A DNA stretch of 62,935 nucleotides, the filler included, from Octopus bimaculoides (lineage: Eukaryota): assembly GCF_001194135.2 (NCBI RefSeq). It is 5 parts of 5 records of this genome, joined end to end, with 100 filler letters (N's around TTAATTAATTAA, not from the genome) between each part and the next. Parts side by side here need not be neighbours in the genome. Positions count along the whole stretch, not along the records: positions 49,263 to 58,845 come from NC_068995.1; positions 58,946 to 61,552 come from NC_069002.1; positions 61,653 to 62,935 come from NC_068994.1; 2 more parts are not named here. One strand, written 5' to 3'. This document shows positions 50,665 through 62,935 of the stretch, one piece after another (positions within the stretch are counted from its first letter, which is position 1; each line of letters begins with the position of its first letter). The position numbers and the translations under genes are program-made. Under the pieces are notes generated by a model, which worked only from the letters and a program-made list of their open reading frames with translations, ran no database searches and was not told the origin of the DNA.

Positions 50665-51199
50665 AAATGGAACAATGTGAATTGGTTCTTTTCAATGCTA
50701 AGGTCAGCGCTCTTATTGATCGCAAGTAGTAGTAGTAAACACATTTGACCTCTTCTGACCCTAAGGGTGTGAGGCCGCTTTTGTCTCTTTATCGCACAGG
50801 AATACCCATTGCTGTACACTTTACCATTTGCCGATTCTATTTACAGACCTGTAGAATTTAATCTATTCCCCAAGCTGTCTATATTGCTCCTACTAGTCCC
50901 TTAAACACTCGCATAACAAAAGTTGAAACTAAACAACATTCAATAATACTTTTTAATAATAAATGGAAATAATAATAGCGAAGGTAATAATGGTGATGGT
51001 GGTAATAATAATGATAATAATAATAATAATTTGGCCAAAACTCCTGTCGGATCAGAGGAAATATTAACAATGACAAATAGTAGTAAAAACTGAAAATAAC
51101 AATATCAGTGATGATAATAATAATGATGAACGGAAGCGGTTGGAATATCTCTATGCTCTGATTGATGATACATCTTATGATGGTATCACAATAGCAACA

Positions 51200-52718
<1,519 letters not shown>

Positions 52719-52720
52719 AA

Positions 52721-53272
52721 CTTTATAAGACGCTATCGTACATTAAATTCAACTTATGTTGAAAGCCAACAAAGAAAGTTTGGTTTAGAAGAGTAGAGAT
52801 GTATTGAAAGATACAGATAAGGAAATAATTTTATTATCAAACGCAGGATAATGCTAATAATATAGCATGAACGGGATAAAGTATCCACATCTTGCAGAAA
52901 AATCTGTCGGCGGCCAGCCATGAGACTTGAGCTTACATCTCTACGTTTGAGAATAAAATTATTTCTTTATCTGTATCTTTCAATACATCTTAACTCTTCT
53001 AAAGCAAACCTTGTTGACATTCAACGGAAGTTGAATTTAACGTGCAGTAGCGTCTTATAAAGCTAGATTTATATATCCTAAATTTGGAAAAGAATTTGTC
53101 GTTGGGTCAGTTTAGCTTAATGGTAAAGCATTGGACGCGTAATCGCAGTGATGTTAGTTCGAGTCTCATGGCTGGCTGCCGAGAGATTTTTCTGCAAAAT
53201 ATGGATACTTTATCCTGTTCATGCTATATTTTTAGCATTATCCTGCGTTTGAGAATAAAATTATCTTATTAT
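52721..53272. mobile_element. tRNA-derived SINE family F in three rearranged pieces (minus 52721-52937; plus 3' part 52941-53062; plus head and body 53105-53272)
   Basis: tRNA-like head ggtcagtttagcttaatggtaaagc...cgtaa...agttcgagtctc, possibly Thr(CGT)-related. The pieces are mutually reverse-complementary. Confidence 0.75.
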
Positions 53273-53499
53273 TATTATTTGGGGGTCGATGGAATAAGTA
53301 CCAGTTATGCACTGGGTTCGATATAACCGACTATCCCCTTCCCACAAAATTTCAGGCTTTGTGCCTTTAGTAGAAAGGATTATTAGAATCTCTAGTGATA
53401 CAAACCTAAATGATGCTGGACCGTTAAGGAAAGGCCTTTCGGCCGGCAATTGCTGTACAGATGCAGACTAACCTCTGTCGTTATTCTAAGAGAGCATCA

Positions 53500-54245
53500 G
53501 TACATAATAAAGTGATGGGAAGGAAATTGACAAGTGAAAAGAACAGGATAGTGATGCAGTGCTACCTGAGAAGTGAACCTAAAGTAAGAGGTTACAGAAA
53601 ACGTGTTAGCACTTTGGTTAAAGAAAAGTACATTTCATGTAACAGAGCAGAGGATAGTAGACCAGGCTAATACTATTAGGAGAAATAAGTGGAAGACAGA
53701 AATGGAGGTAGAAGATATCTCGAGATAATTAAAAAAAGAAAGACAAAGAAGTAGAACAGCCAAAACATGCAAATCAGGATGAAGCAAGGTATAGTTCAAA
53801 CCAACGAAGAGCCTACAAGAAAAATAATAGTACCACCACTCATGGAGAATTAACATCATCAACTTAAGAGGAAGATCAGACGATATTAAATGAGTTGAAG
53901 GAAGTAACGAGTAAGGCAGAAAGAAAAAGATTACCAGCATTAAAAGGTACTAAGTGATAATATTACTAGGAAAGGAGATTCTGTTATCAGTAGGATTGAT
54001 ACTAAAAATATAGGTGACACTAAATTATTTATCTACGCAGGAAGGTTAGTAGTTATTAGCATATTAGGCATTCCTCAAGGAAAGAATAGGAAGTATCAGA
54101 TGTGAAATTGATGATTAGAAATTTAAGAAAAGATCTGAATAGAATAGAAATATGGAAACAGGTCAAGTTAGGAAACATAAAATCTAAATCGACTCTTGAG
54201 AAAAATACTTAGTCAAAGAAAAAGAATTTGGGGTAGTCATGAAGA
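53500..54245 (+). mobile_element. Second R4/Dong-like 5' fragment (different subfamily, decayed)
   Basis: RKLTSEKNRIVMQCYLRSEPKVRGYRKRV parallels the N-terminal motif at 51380-51500. Confidence 0.75.
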
Positions 54246-54549
54246 TTCAGATGTTATGTCGCAACTGGACGTTTGCATTGCGAAACCCAAAATAGGGCGA
54301 AATCACGTGATCTAGCAGTTCTGGCGGCTGTAGTAGAGAATTATCGTTTCTCAGTGATATAAATACGAGTCCTTTTATGCATCACAAGTCCATATGAGAG
54401 GTTCTCTCTTGGCGAACAACGCAATATTAGGTGTCCTTACAAAACATTCACGTTAAGTTGGACATACAGATTGCTCTTCGGTATTTATACTACTTCTATT
54501 GCCATTATATATGTATATGTATATATATGAATGTATGTATCTTTTTTTC

Positions 54550-55010
54550 TTTACTTGTTTCAGTCATTTGACTATGGCCTTGCTGAAGCACCGCCTCTTA
54601 GTCGAAGGAGTTGACCCCTGAACTTATTCTTTGTACGCCTAATGCTTATTCCATCGGTTGTTTTGCCGAACCGCTGGGTTATGGAGATGTAAACAGACCA
54701 ACATCAGTTTTCAAGCGACGGTGGGGGGGAAACAGACACAAACACACACATAAATACACACACACGCGCACACACACGCACACACACACACGCACACACA
54801 CACACACGCACACACACACACACACGCACACACACACACGCACATGTACACACATATATATATACGACGTGATTTTTTCAGTTTCCGTCTACCAAATCCA
54901 CTCACAAGACTTCGGTCGGCCCGAGACTATAGTAGAAGACACTTGCTCAAGGTACCACCCGGAACCATGTGGTTGGAAAGCAATCTTCTAACCACACAGC
55001 CATGCCTGCG
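54550..55010 (-). mobile_element. Family B SINE, near full length, CpG largely retained
   Basis: Reverse-complement match with an internal (AC)n tract. Confidence 0.9.
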
Positions 55011-55128
55011 CCATTCTAAACTTGTTAATCATTGTCTTGACAAACTCACTTATGATATCTGAAAGGTCACAGAAGTCACTAAAAACATCCTTCTCTAACA
55101 CCTTGAATCTCTCTCTCAATCTCTCTCT

Positions 55129-55168
<40 letters not shown>

Positions 55169-55178
55169 NNNNNNNNNN

Positions 55179-55222
<44 letters not shown>

Positions 55223-55504
55223 AATGGCTACCAGTTCATCTTTCGTAAAGCCAGATGTATGAGATTCTATACAGTAATGGCCAACGTATCATCACCACTA
55301 GCAACTCCCACTATTGCTTCTCACACCCAGATCTAACTTAATACCGCCAAGGCACCAGATGCCTAATCTGCGATGGTTCCATGAGCAGAGACTTCGAAAA
55401 CATCCAGCAAACATGTTTCCTCCAAAAGAAATTAATATCTAAACACTATAAGAATTTTCGAAACCTCTAAATATTAATAGCACTTAAGTAAAAATCTTGC
55501 GATC

Positions 55505-55950
55505 ACTTTAAATGTTCGGCTTTATAATCGCTGAAGATCACTCCTGGCAACTGCATATGCCGAACATAGGAAAGACTGTATCTCCCCAGAACCAGAAAAT
55601 ATACAGCTTTCTTCAATTACTAACCCTTTACAAAAGTGAAGTGAGATCCCGAATGGAAAGCTGCTCCCACATCTTACACGGTGCTGCAGCTACGAACATA
55701 TAAAAAAGTCGATCTCATTCAAAGCGAAACCACCAAATATATTGGAACGAAGTCACTCACCAACACGCTCTAAAGTCTGGTCCACAATTCTGCTGTCTCC
55801 TCTCGTTCCCTACTCAACCACTACAGTGAATTCTGCTCCACGTAGCTGGTTGATATCATGTCACCTCCATACAGTTACTTCCAACTTATTTTCTCTCCTC
55901 CTCATGTCACACATAATGTGTCCGTTTCCAGTCTCTGAACAAACCAAAAC
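55505..55950 (+). mobile_element. Old CR1/L2-type LINE fragment
   Basis: LLTLYKSEVRSRMESCSHILHGAA resembles the LY(K)...RP.LEY.S.IW motif that follows RT in CR1-group elements. Heavily decayed. Confidence 0.55.
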
Positions 55951-57025
55951 GTTTAGTCCTTTAATCTTATCTTGTTTCGTCCTCTCCTCTCTAGAAGGTC
56001 AAACTTCCTGGACATGTTCTTGTAGCAACTGTTTACTTGCAGTATGATGAGCAAAACGTTAACGGTTTCAATCTTACCGGTGTCAGAGGTTCAGCAAATA
56101 CTATGGGCAAAGCCCCTTCCTCAGAAACAAACTAACGAATGAAAAAGCTTAGGAAACTTAATATTGATTGATCTGCTTGCATCATATTTACAACTGTTTT
56201 TCGTTTTCTTTAATCATAGACAATTTTTAAAGTATATTAGAGCGAGCATGCTAAACACATCTGTTTACCGAAATGAAAATATACTTTTCCAATATTTTAA
56301 ACTGCTATTTAATGTCCAAACCAATTCGTTTAATCTTTATTGCTTTCATTTCACGATTGACATTTTCCTGTCTGTACCTCTAAGCCAAAGGGAATGAGTA
56401 TTAATATTAATTTACCCCGAAGATTGAGAGTTTGACTCATATGACAGTTGCTATAAATTTAAATAAACTTTTTTTTAAATATATTTATTATAAAACTCTT
56501 CCAGTGAGTACGTGCAAAGTATGGTGTCAAACAAACCAAAGGAAACTGGAGAAAATGTGATTTCGCGTCATTTTCAACCCAGCCATTCATCAAGTAATAT
56601 AAATGAATATTGCATGATTTCATATGCTGTAATTCATGGCTACCACTTCAGTTCTGCAACTGACAGCATGTAAGAATTCTCTATTCACTTCTGCTATTTC
56701 CTAATATTTGTACCAAGTAACTAACTGCATCCCATTAACTTACGTTTTGTGAATAAATGATGAGAATAAGTTCAACATTAGTGTAACATAAAAAACGAAA
56801 TCTAGAATATTTTATTTTGATGTGTTTCATACGACAAATTGTTGGGTTTGCGGATGAGAGTTCGTATAGCATTGCATTCCTGCTTACTTCACTGACAATT
56901 AGGAATCCAAGCCATCTGCCTTGAATGTATAATTACAGCAGTAATTTTAGAAGAATTGGAATATATGCCGCTACATGTACGTATGTATGCATGTATGTAT
57001 GTATGTATCTATGTATGTGTATGTG

Positions 57026-57114
<89 letters not shown>

Positions 57115-57140
57115 GTCTGTCTATCTACCTCTCTCTCTCT

Positions 57141-57200
<60 letters not shown>

Positions 57201-58654
57201 ATATATATATATATTCTTTTATTCTCTTATTCCTTTATTTGTTTCAGTTATTTGACTGCAGCCATGCTGGAGCATCACCTTTTAGTCGAAGAAATCGACC
57301 CCAAGNNNNNNNNNNNNNNNNNNNNNNNNNNNNNNNNNNNNNNNNNNNNNNNNNNNNNNNNNNNNNNNNNNNNNNNNNNNNNNNNNNNNNNNNNNNNNNN
57401 NNNNNNNNNNNNNNNNNNNNNNNNNNNNNNNNNNNNNNNNNNNNNNNNNNNNNNNNNNNNNNNNNNNNNNNNNNNNNNNNNNNNNNNNNNNNNNNNNNNN
57501 NNNNNNNNNNNNNNNNNNNNNNNNNNNNNNNNNNNNNNNNNNNNNNNNNNNNNNNNNNNNNNNNNNNNNNNNNNNNNNNNNNNNNNNNNNATATACTACA
57601 TATGTGGGAGATTCTGTCTGTGGGCGTGTTTGTGGAGTTGTTAGCTAACTCCTCCTACATCGTTTTATCGATTTTGATGAAACTTGACCCGTGAGTAGAA
57701 CTCATTTCTGAAAACCTCGTGGAATACTCAGATGGTTGAAAAAGAATCGATAATAGGGCCCCTGGAAGAGATCCTTATATATATCTAATATATTTCATTT
57801 TAACACCCAAGGGAAATAACCTATTCATTTTCCTAAAACATTTGGTATAAATCAAATTGAGTATACTTATTTCTTAGTATTTGAACTATAAGGTATTTTC
57901 GCAATTTATCCTGTACACCTCTTAAACAAGTAAATAGTATTTTCGTAAACAATAGATTCACATATTTCGGTTAGTGACTTATTCACGAATCTACCAACAC
58001 TAGCGCCGCTGAGGGTAACATTCTCTGGAAACGCACAAAATTCCTTTTCAGAGTTATTTACTTTTGAATTGTTATTATCTCATATCTGATTAGCCTGTTA
58101 TTACGTAACATGCTTCACGATTTTAGTATACATACCTTATTAGTATTTGTTCCCAAGTTCTATATACTCTAGGAACACATTAAAACTCTTTTCGGGGCTA
58201 CTTTATTTGAATTCTTACTGTCGGGTAACTAATTTCATGCTATTACATAACTGACTTCACAGTTTCGGTATTCATAACTTATTGGGAATTCCTAAAAACA
58301 AGATCCTGTGCAAGTTCGGTATTCTCTGTAAATGCACAAAAACCGTTTTCAGGGCCACATACTTTGTACTGTTGTTATTGGAATAGCGAAACAATTACGA
58401 GAACGGAAGCAAGGGATAATCCTCGCTTTCCCGGGAATTACGGATACGTCAGCTAGTAATACATATATGCATACGACGGGCTGTTTTCAGTTTACTATGT
58501 CTGCCAAATCCACTCACAATACTTTGGTTGGTCCGAGGCTATAATAGAAGACACTTGCCCAAGGTGCTACGCAGTGGGACTGAATACGGAACCATGTGGT
58601 TACGAAGCGAGATTCTTATCACATAGCCATTCCTGTGTAGTAGTAGTAGTAGTA

Positions 58655-58710
<56 letters not shown>

Positions 58711-58721
58711 CAATAATAATA

Positions 58722-58845
58722 TTGGGTTGTCCGGAAAGTTTGTGCCGATTTTTAAAGGAAAGAAAAAGGTCAGTAAATACTTGCCATTACATTTTTAATC
58801 AACAAATACGAACCATTTTGTTGCACAATGCGCTTCCATCTTTTC
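58722..58845 (-). mobile_element. Mariner transposon 3' end
   Basis: TA|ttgggttgtccggaaagtttgtgccgatttt is a mariner-type TIR. The minus strand encodes RWKRIVQQNGSY, matching the mariner transposase C-terminus (RW..V.E.NG.Y). Cut by a spacer. Confidence 0.8.
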
Positions 58846-58945
58846 NNNNNNNNNNNNNNNNNNNNNNNNNNNNNNNNNNNNNNNNNNNNTTAATTAATTA
58901 ANNNNNNNNNNNNNNNNNNNNNNNNNNNNNNNNNNNNNNNNNNNN

Positions 58946-59315
58946 AAAGAAAACGGTGAACGTATTAAACTAGAAACCGGTGAACTAGAGCATGTAGCCG
59001 AGTTTACGTATTTAGGTAATAAGGTAACATTCTCAGGTGACACCACGAAGATATTAAGACGAGAATGAGTAAGGCAAGGACAGCTTTTCACCTGTTAAAA
59101 AAATGTATGGAACGCAAGTGTTATTTCAATAAAGAACAAAATAAGAATTTTTAACACTAACGTAAAAGCGGTGTTATTGTATGGGGCTGAGACATGGAGA
59201 ACAGCAGTTAAATCAAATAAGCAAATACAATGATTCAGCAACATGTGCTTGCGTAGTATACTTAAAATCAGATGGCCCGAACACATAAGCAATATGGAGC
59301 TATGGCAAAGAACGA
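58946..59315 (+). mobile_element. RTE-clade LINE fragment (second RTE family)
   Basis: ELEHVAEFTYLG...RMSKARTAF...KIRIFNTNVKAVLLYGAETW...CLRSILKIRWPEHISNMELWQRT, with frameshifts. Confidence 0.88.
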
Positions 59316-59717
59316 ATATTTAAGAAAAAGTGGAAGTGGATTGGTAGCATGTGCATCCATGTAAACTTTGATATGTGGGTTCGATTCTGTCTAGGGTTAG
59401 CTCATCGTTTTTCAGTCAATTTGTTTATATATAAATGTCGATTTAAATCGGAGAATATATATATATATATATATGTGGTGTGTGTGTGTGCGTGCGTGCG
59501 TGAATAGATTGTTAAGTGTAGTGTACAGAAATTGAATATTGAGAAAAAAAGTGGTCAAAATTTTAGAAAAAAAAAACAGCTTGTCTATTTATATGAAACA
59601 GGTGCTTCTTGGGTATGGTTTTGTTTAGAAGGTGAGAACGTTGACTTTTTTGTTTTTTGTTTTTTTTAGTGTGGTTCCATGACAATGGAGATAGAAATAT
59701 AGTTGGCTAGATAGGCT

Positions 59718-59750
<33 letters not shown>

Positions 59751-60124
59751 NNNNNNNNNNNNNNNNNNNNNNNNNNNNNNNNNNNNNNNNNNNNNNNNNN
59801 NNNNNNNNNNNNNNNNNNNNNNNNNNNNNNNNNNNNNNNNNNNNNNNNNNNNNNNNNNNNNNNNNNNNNNNNNNNNNNNNNNNNNNNNNNNNNNNNNNNN
59901 NNNNNNNNNNNNNNNNNNNNNNNNNNNNNNNNNNNNNNNNNNNNNNNNNNNNNNNNNNNNNNNNNNNNNNNNNNNNNNNNNNNNNNNNNNNNNNNNNNNN
60001 NNNNNNNNNNNNNNNNNNNNNNNNNNNNNNNNNNNNNNNNNNNNNNNNNNNNNNNNNNNNNNNNNNNNNNNNNNNNNNNNNNNNNNNNNNNNNNNNNNNN
60101 NNNNNNNNNNNNNNNNNNNNNNNN

Positions 60125-60518
60125 GCCACTTCAAAGTGGCTGTTCCATTTGAACGGACTTTCCTCCGATTTTTTAACCTTAAGATGGTTAGCAATGCACA
60201 GCTGCATCCGATATATTGAGAGCTGGGGAACGAACCTTCTGGCGACGGGACCAGCCCACCAGTCTGATTTCGGACTATTTTTGCCTCCCTCCAGTACTAG
60301 ACACCTCGTCTGCTAGAGATGGCAATAGCTCGCCTCTGCTCGCAATATATCTAAATTCAGCGACATACAGTCCCTCATTTTGCAACAAGCTAAAAAGCTA
60401 GTTCTAAAATCTCCTTAAGAGATGATCGCAGTAGTTGTACTAAGCAAGTAATGACCGTTGCCACTTTAACATGGTCGTTCTGTTCGAACAGACTTCCTGC
60501 AATTTTTTAACCCCAAGA
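60125..60518. repeat. Pair of about 60-bp direct repeats (60125-60184 and 60460-60518) around a CpG-containing spacer
   Basis: Manual alignment gives about 46/60 identities. Confidence 0.7.
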
Positions 60519-61089
60519 CAGAACTTGCCGAACATTTTGTTTTAAATGGCTGCAATTTTGAAAAAGACTTGAAAATGCATATTCTTAGAAAATATGAATC
60601 TGCTTTCCTTTCAATACTCAAAATGCATGAGGAGAAATATGTTTGCAGGTTATTAACATCACACCCTGGAGGAATGAATAAAATGACAGGAGAATATCAT
60701 CAAATTTACATAAAACTGTTTGATTGAATATTTTTCTTCTTTTACCTTTCCTTTTTTCCTTTCCTTTCTTTCTCACTTTGTTTTTTTCTTTTCGCCAGTT
60801 ATAAAATTAAAACTTAAAGATTGATGATGTCATTCCATCAACGTGTGGACGCTGGTTGCTCTCGTTCATACTTTAGATTTGAATTTCTATAATTTTGAAT
60901 TTTTATCACTTTTTTTAATTTTGAGCTCGACAAAGATATTGCTGTCGAAATATATGAATGCTAATAGGTTAATGTTGTTCATTGACAGTTTCAGTCAGAT
61001 AATACTGTACAAAAGCTAAGATTCGACTACATATACTTAACACTCAGTGCTCTGAGAGGCTATTCGTAGCCTACCGGAAAATACACAAG

Positions 61090-61490
61090 TCTTATACGTT
61101 AAGTATATGTGGCCGATATTGTTTATTACCCTAGCGTTGAGAAAGTAACCATACTCTGGAATATGCGAATACACACAGATAGAGAAACCAAGGCTAATAG
61201 ACCGGATATAGTTGTCAAAGATCACCAAGAAAAGAGATGCCTTGTGATCTATGTATCAATACCAACAGATGACAATGTATCTCTAAAAGAAACAGAGAAA
61301 CTCTCAAAATACAAAGAAATGGAAATTGTGATAACTTGAAAGTAGAGCCTAAAAACAGAAACAATTCTTATAATAGAAGGTGCATTAGGTATGATTAAAA
61401 ACATTGAGACAAATACATAACCAAAACACCAGGACTTACAAATGTATATAACATACAGACAATAGCACGACTAGGCATCGCACACATATA
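61090..61490 (+). mobile_element. R4-clade 3' fragment (restriction-like endonuclease domain)
   Basis: ILWNMRIHTDRETKANRPDIVVKD...VSIPTD...KETEKLSKYKEM...GALG: the PD..(D/E)..K-Y REL motif. Confidence 0.88.
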
Positions 61491-62035
61491 TATCCCACCC
61501 CAAACACACACACATATATATATGAGAGAGAGAGAGAGAGAGATGAGATTATNNNNNNNNNNNNNNNNNNNNNNNNNNNNNNNNNNNNNNNNNNNNTTAA
61601 TTAATTAANNNNNNNNNNNNNNNNNNNNNNNNNNNNNNNNNNNNNNNNNNNNAAAAAAAAAAAAAAAAAATCAGAAATACAACTTTGAAAACTTCTTTCT
61701 GGAATCTAAACAAAATCGGAATACTATAAACTGTAAAAAAAACTGTAAGAATTTATTTAAAGAAAAAACACAATTTACTGAGAAGGTAGACGGATGTTTG
61801 CAACTTTACTGTGAACGCTAACTTCTTCGTAACCAAATTATATACTTGCCAATTAATTAATTTCCATTGCCTCTTTGTTCTTGAATTTGATTTTTGCGAA
61901 AAGTCTGGCAAATGATGATGACGAACGAATGAATGGCCGTGCGGACGAGATTGATCACAGCTGTTCGTCAAGCTACTGACTAGCTGTGTATTCGTTGACA
62001 AAAAGTGAAAACATGAACAAAACAATGAATAAATC

Positions 62036-62068
<33 letters not shown>

Positions 62069-62456
62069 GTGTAGGAGAGAGACAGACAAAGAGAAAGAGA
62101 GACAAACAGATAAACAGACAGACAGACAAATAGACAAACAACTAAACAGAGAAAAAAAGAGAGAGTGAAAGAGATAACATTTGTTCGGTTTACTTTGATA
62201 CTTGAAACCTTATAAATAATAATAATACGTTTTCACAAAGATAGGAAACTGGAGATAAATTGAATATGACCAATGAATTTCATTACAAGAAATTAGTCTT
62301 TCGATCGCTTCCATCGGAGTAGGAGGTGGAAGATGTGGTGGGGGAATGAAAGAAAATAGAGAGGTGGAGTATACAAAGAATTCGGAATTGAGAGTATAAA
62401 GTATGTGTGTAGTTCTGGTTCGTTGTTTCTTGAGTCAACACCGATAATCTATAATG

Positions 62457-62460
62457 ACGA

Positions 62461-62494
<34 letters not shown>

Positions 62495-62513
62495 GATGAT
62501 GATGATGATGACA

Positions 62514-62559
<46 letters not shown>

Positions 62560-62611
62560 CGACGACGACGACGACGACAACAGCAACAACAACAACAACA
62601 ATAACAACAGC

Positions 62612-62690
<79 letters not shown>
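62457..62690. repeat. Compound trinucleotide array (TAC)n(GAT)n(GAC)n(AAC)n(AAT)n
   Basis: Directly visible; successive blocks mostly differ by single-base steps. Confidence 0.97.
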
Positions 62691-62691
<1 letters not shown>

Positions 62692-62693
<2 letters not shown>

Positions 62694-62935
62694 GCCCTGA
62701 TGCAGTACTAGGCAGGGGCTCTTATGGCTTCTCATCTTAATTGATTGGAAGTGTTAACATGTACATTGGTATAAAAGATGGGCTACAACAAATATTGTGC
62801 TTAATACCACAGATTTGCTTGTCAGTTGTTTGACCTTAACCAGTTGAGCATGCCCCTTGGTGGCTGACGATATGTGCATCTCTGATCATGAGCAGAAGTA
62901 GTGAGAGGAATTCTTTGGGGTTTGAATAATTTACC
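62692..62935 (-). mobile_element. Family E repeat, second copy (runs off the window end)
   Basis: Aligns with 15540-15810 and abuts (AAT)n at the same element end. Confidence 0.75.

Noticed and set aside
59330-59400. tRNA gene
   Set aside because: It has A- and B-box-like motifs but no cloverleaf pairing; more likely a decayed SINE head.

Overview
AT-rich, microsatellite-saturated, gapped animal genomic DNA. The repeat families and microsatellite density point to an octopus draft assembly; that assignment is pattern recognition, not a database result. There is no prokaryotic gene organisation, rRNA or CRISPR array. One protein-coding gene is well supported: a + strand gene with four phase-compatible exons (30700-32374, 32991-33060, 34485-37582, 40403-40551), about 1,640 codons in total. 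It encodes a Ser/Thr/Pro-rich protein with a 33-nt tandem repeat and a GILEEPDLSLVS motif, and is tentatively CEP295/Ana1-like. Its 5' exons are not visible and its fourth exon carries an unexpected TAA. A possible convergent gene ends at 48674-48825. The rest is mostly transposable-element debris: at least five SINE-like families, RTE, CR1/L2-like and R4/Dong LINE fragments, a Penelope-like element, a non-autonomous Helitron with both ends intact, Tc1/mariner elements and a tRNA-Ala pseudogene. Four 100-bp N/TTAATTAATTAA/N spacers are assembly linkers. I found no convincing new biological system. The best leads are: (1) an R4/Dong element split at one point with its 5' half inverted, as in L1 twin priming; (2) near-identical Tc1-type TIRs enclosing old-looking cargo; (3) a stop-containing exon bracketed by inverted SINEs; (4) a CpG-depleted gene-body domain readable from paired SINE copies. 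Repeat boundaries are approximate (about +/-20 nt); exon, TIR and Helitron ends were counted base by base.
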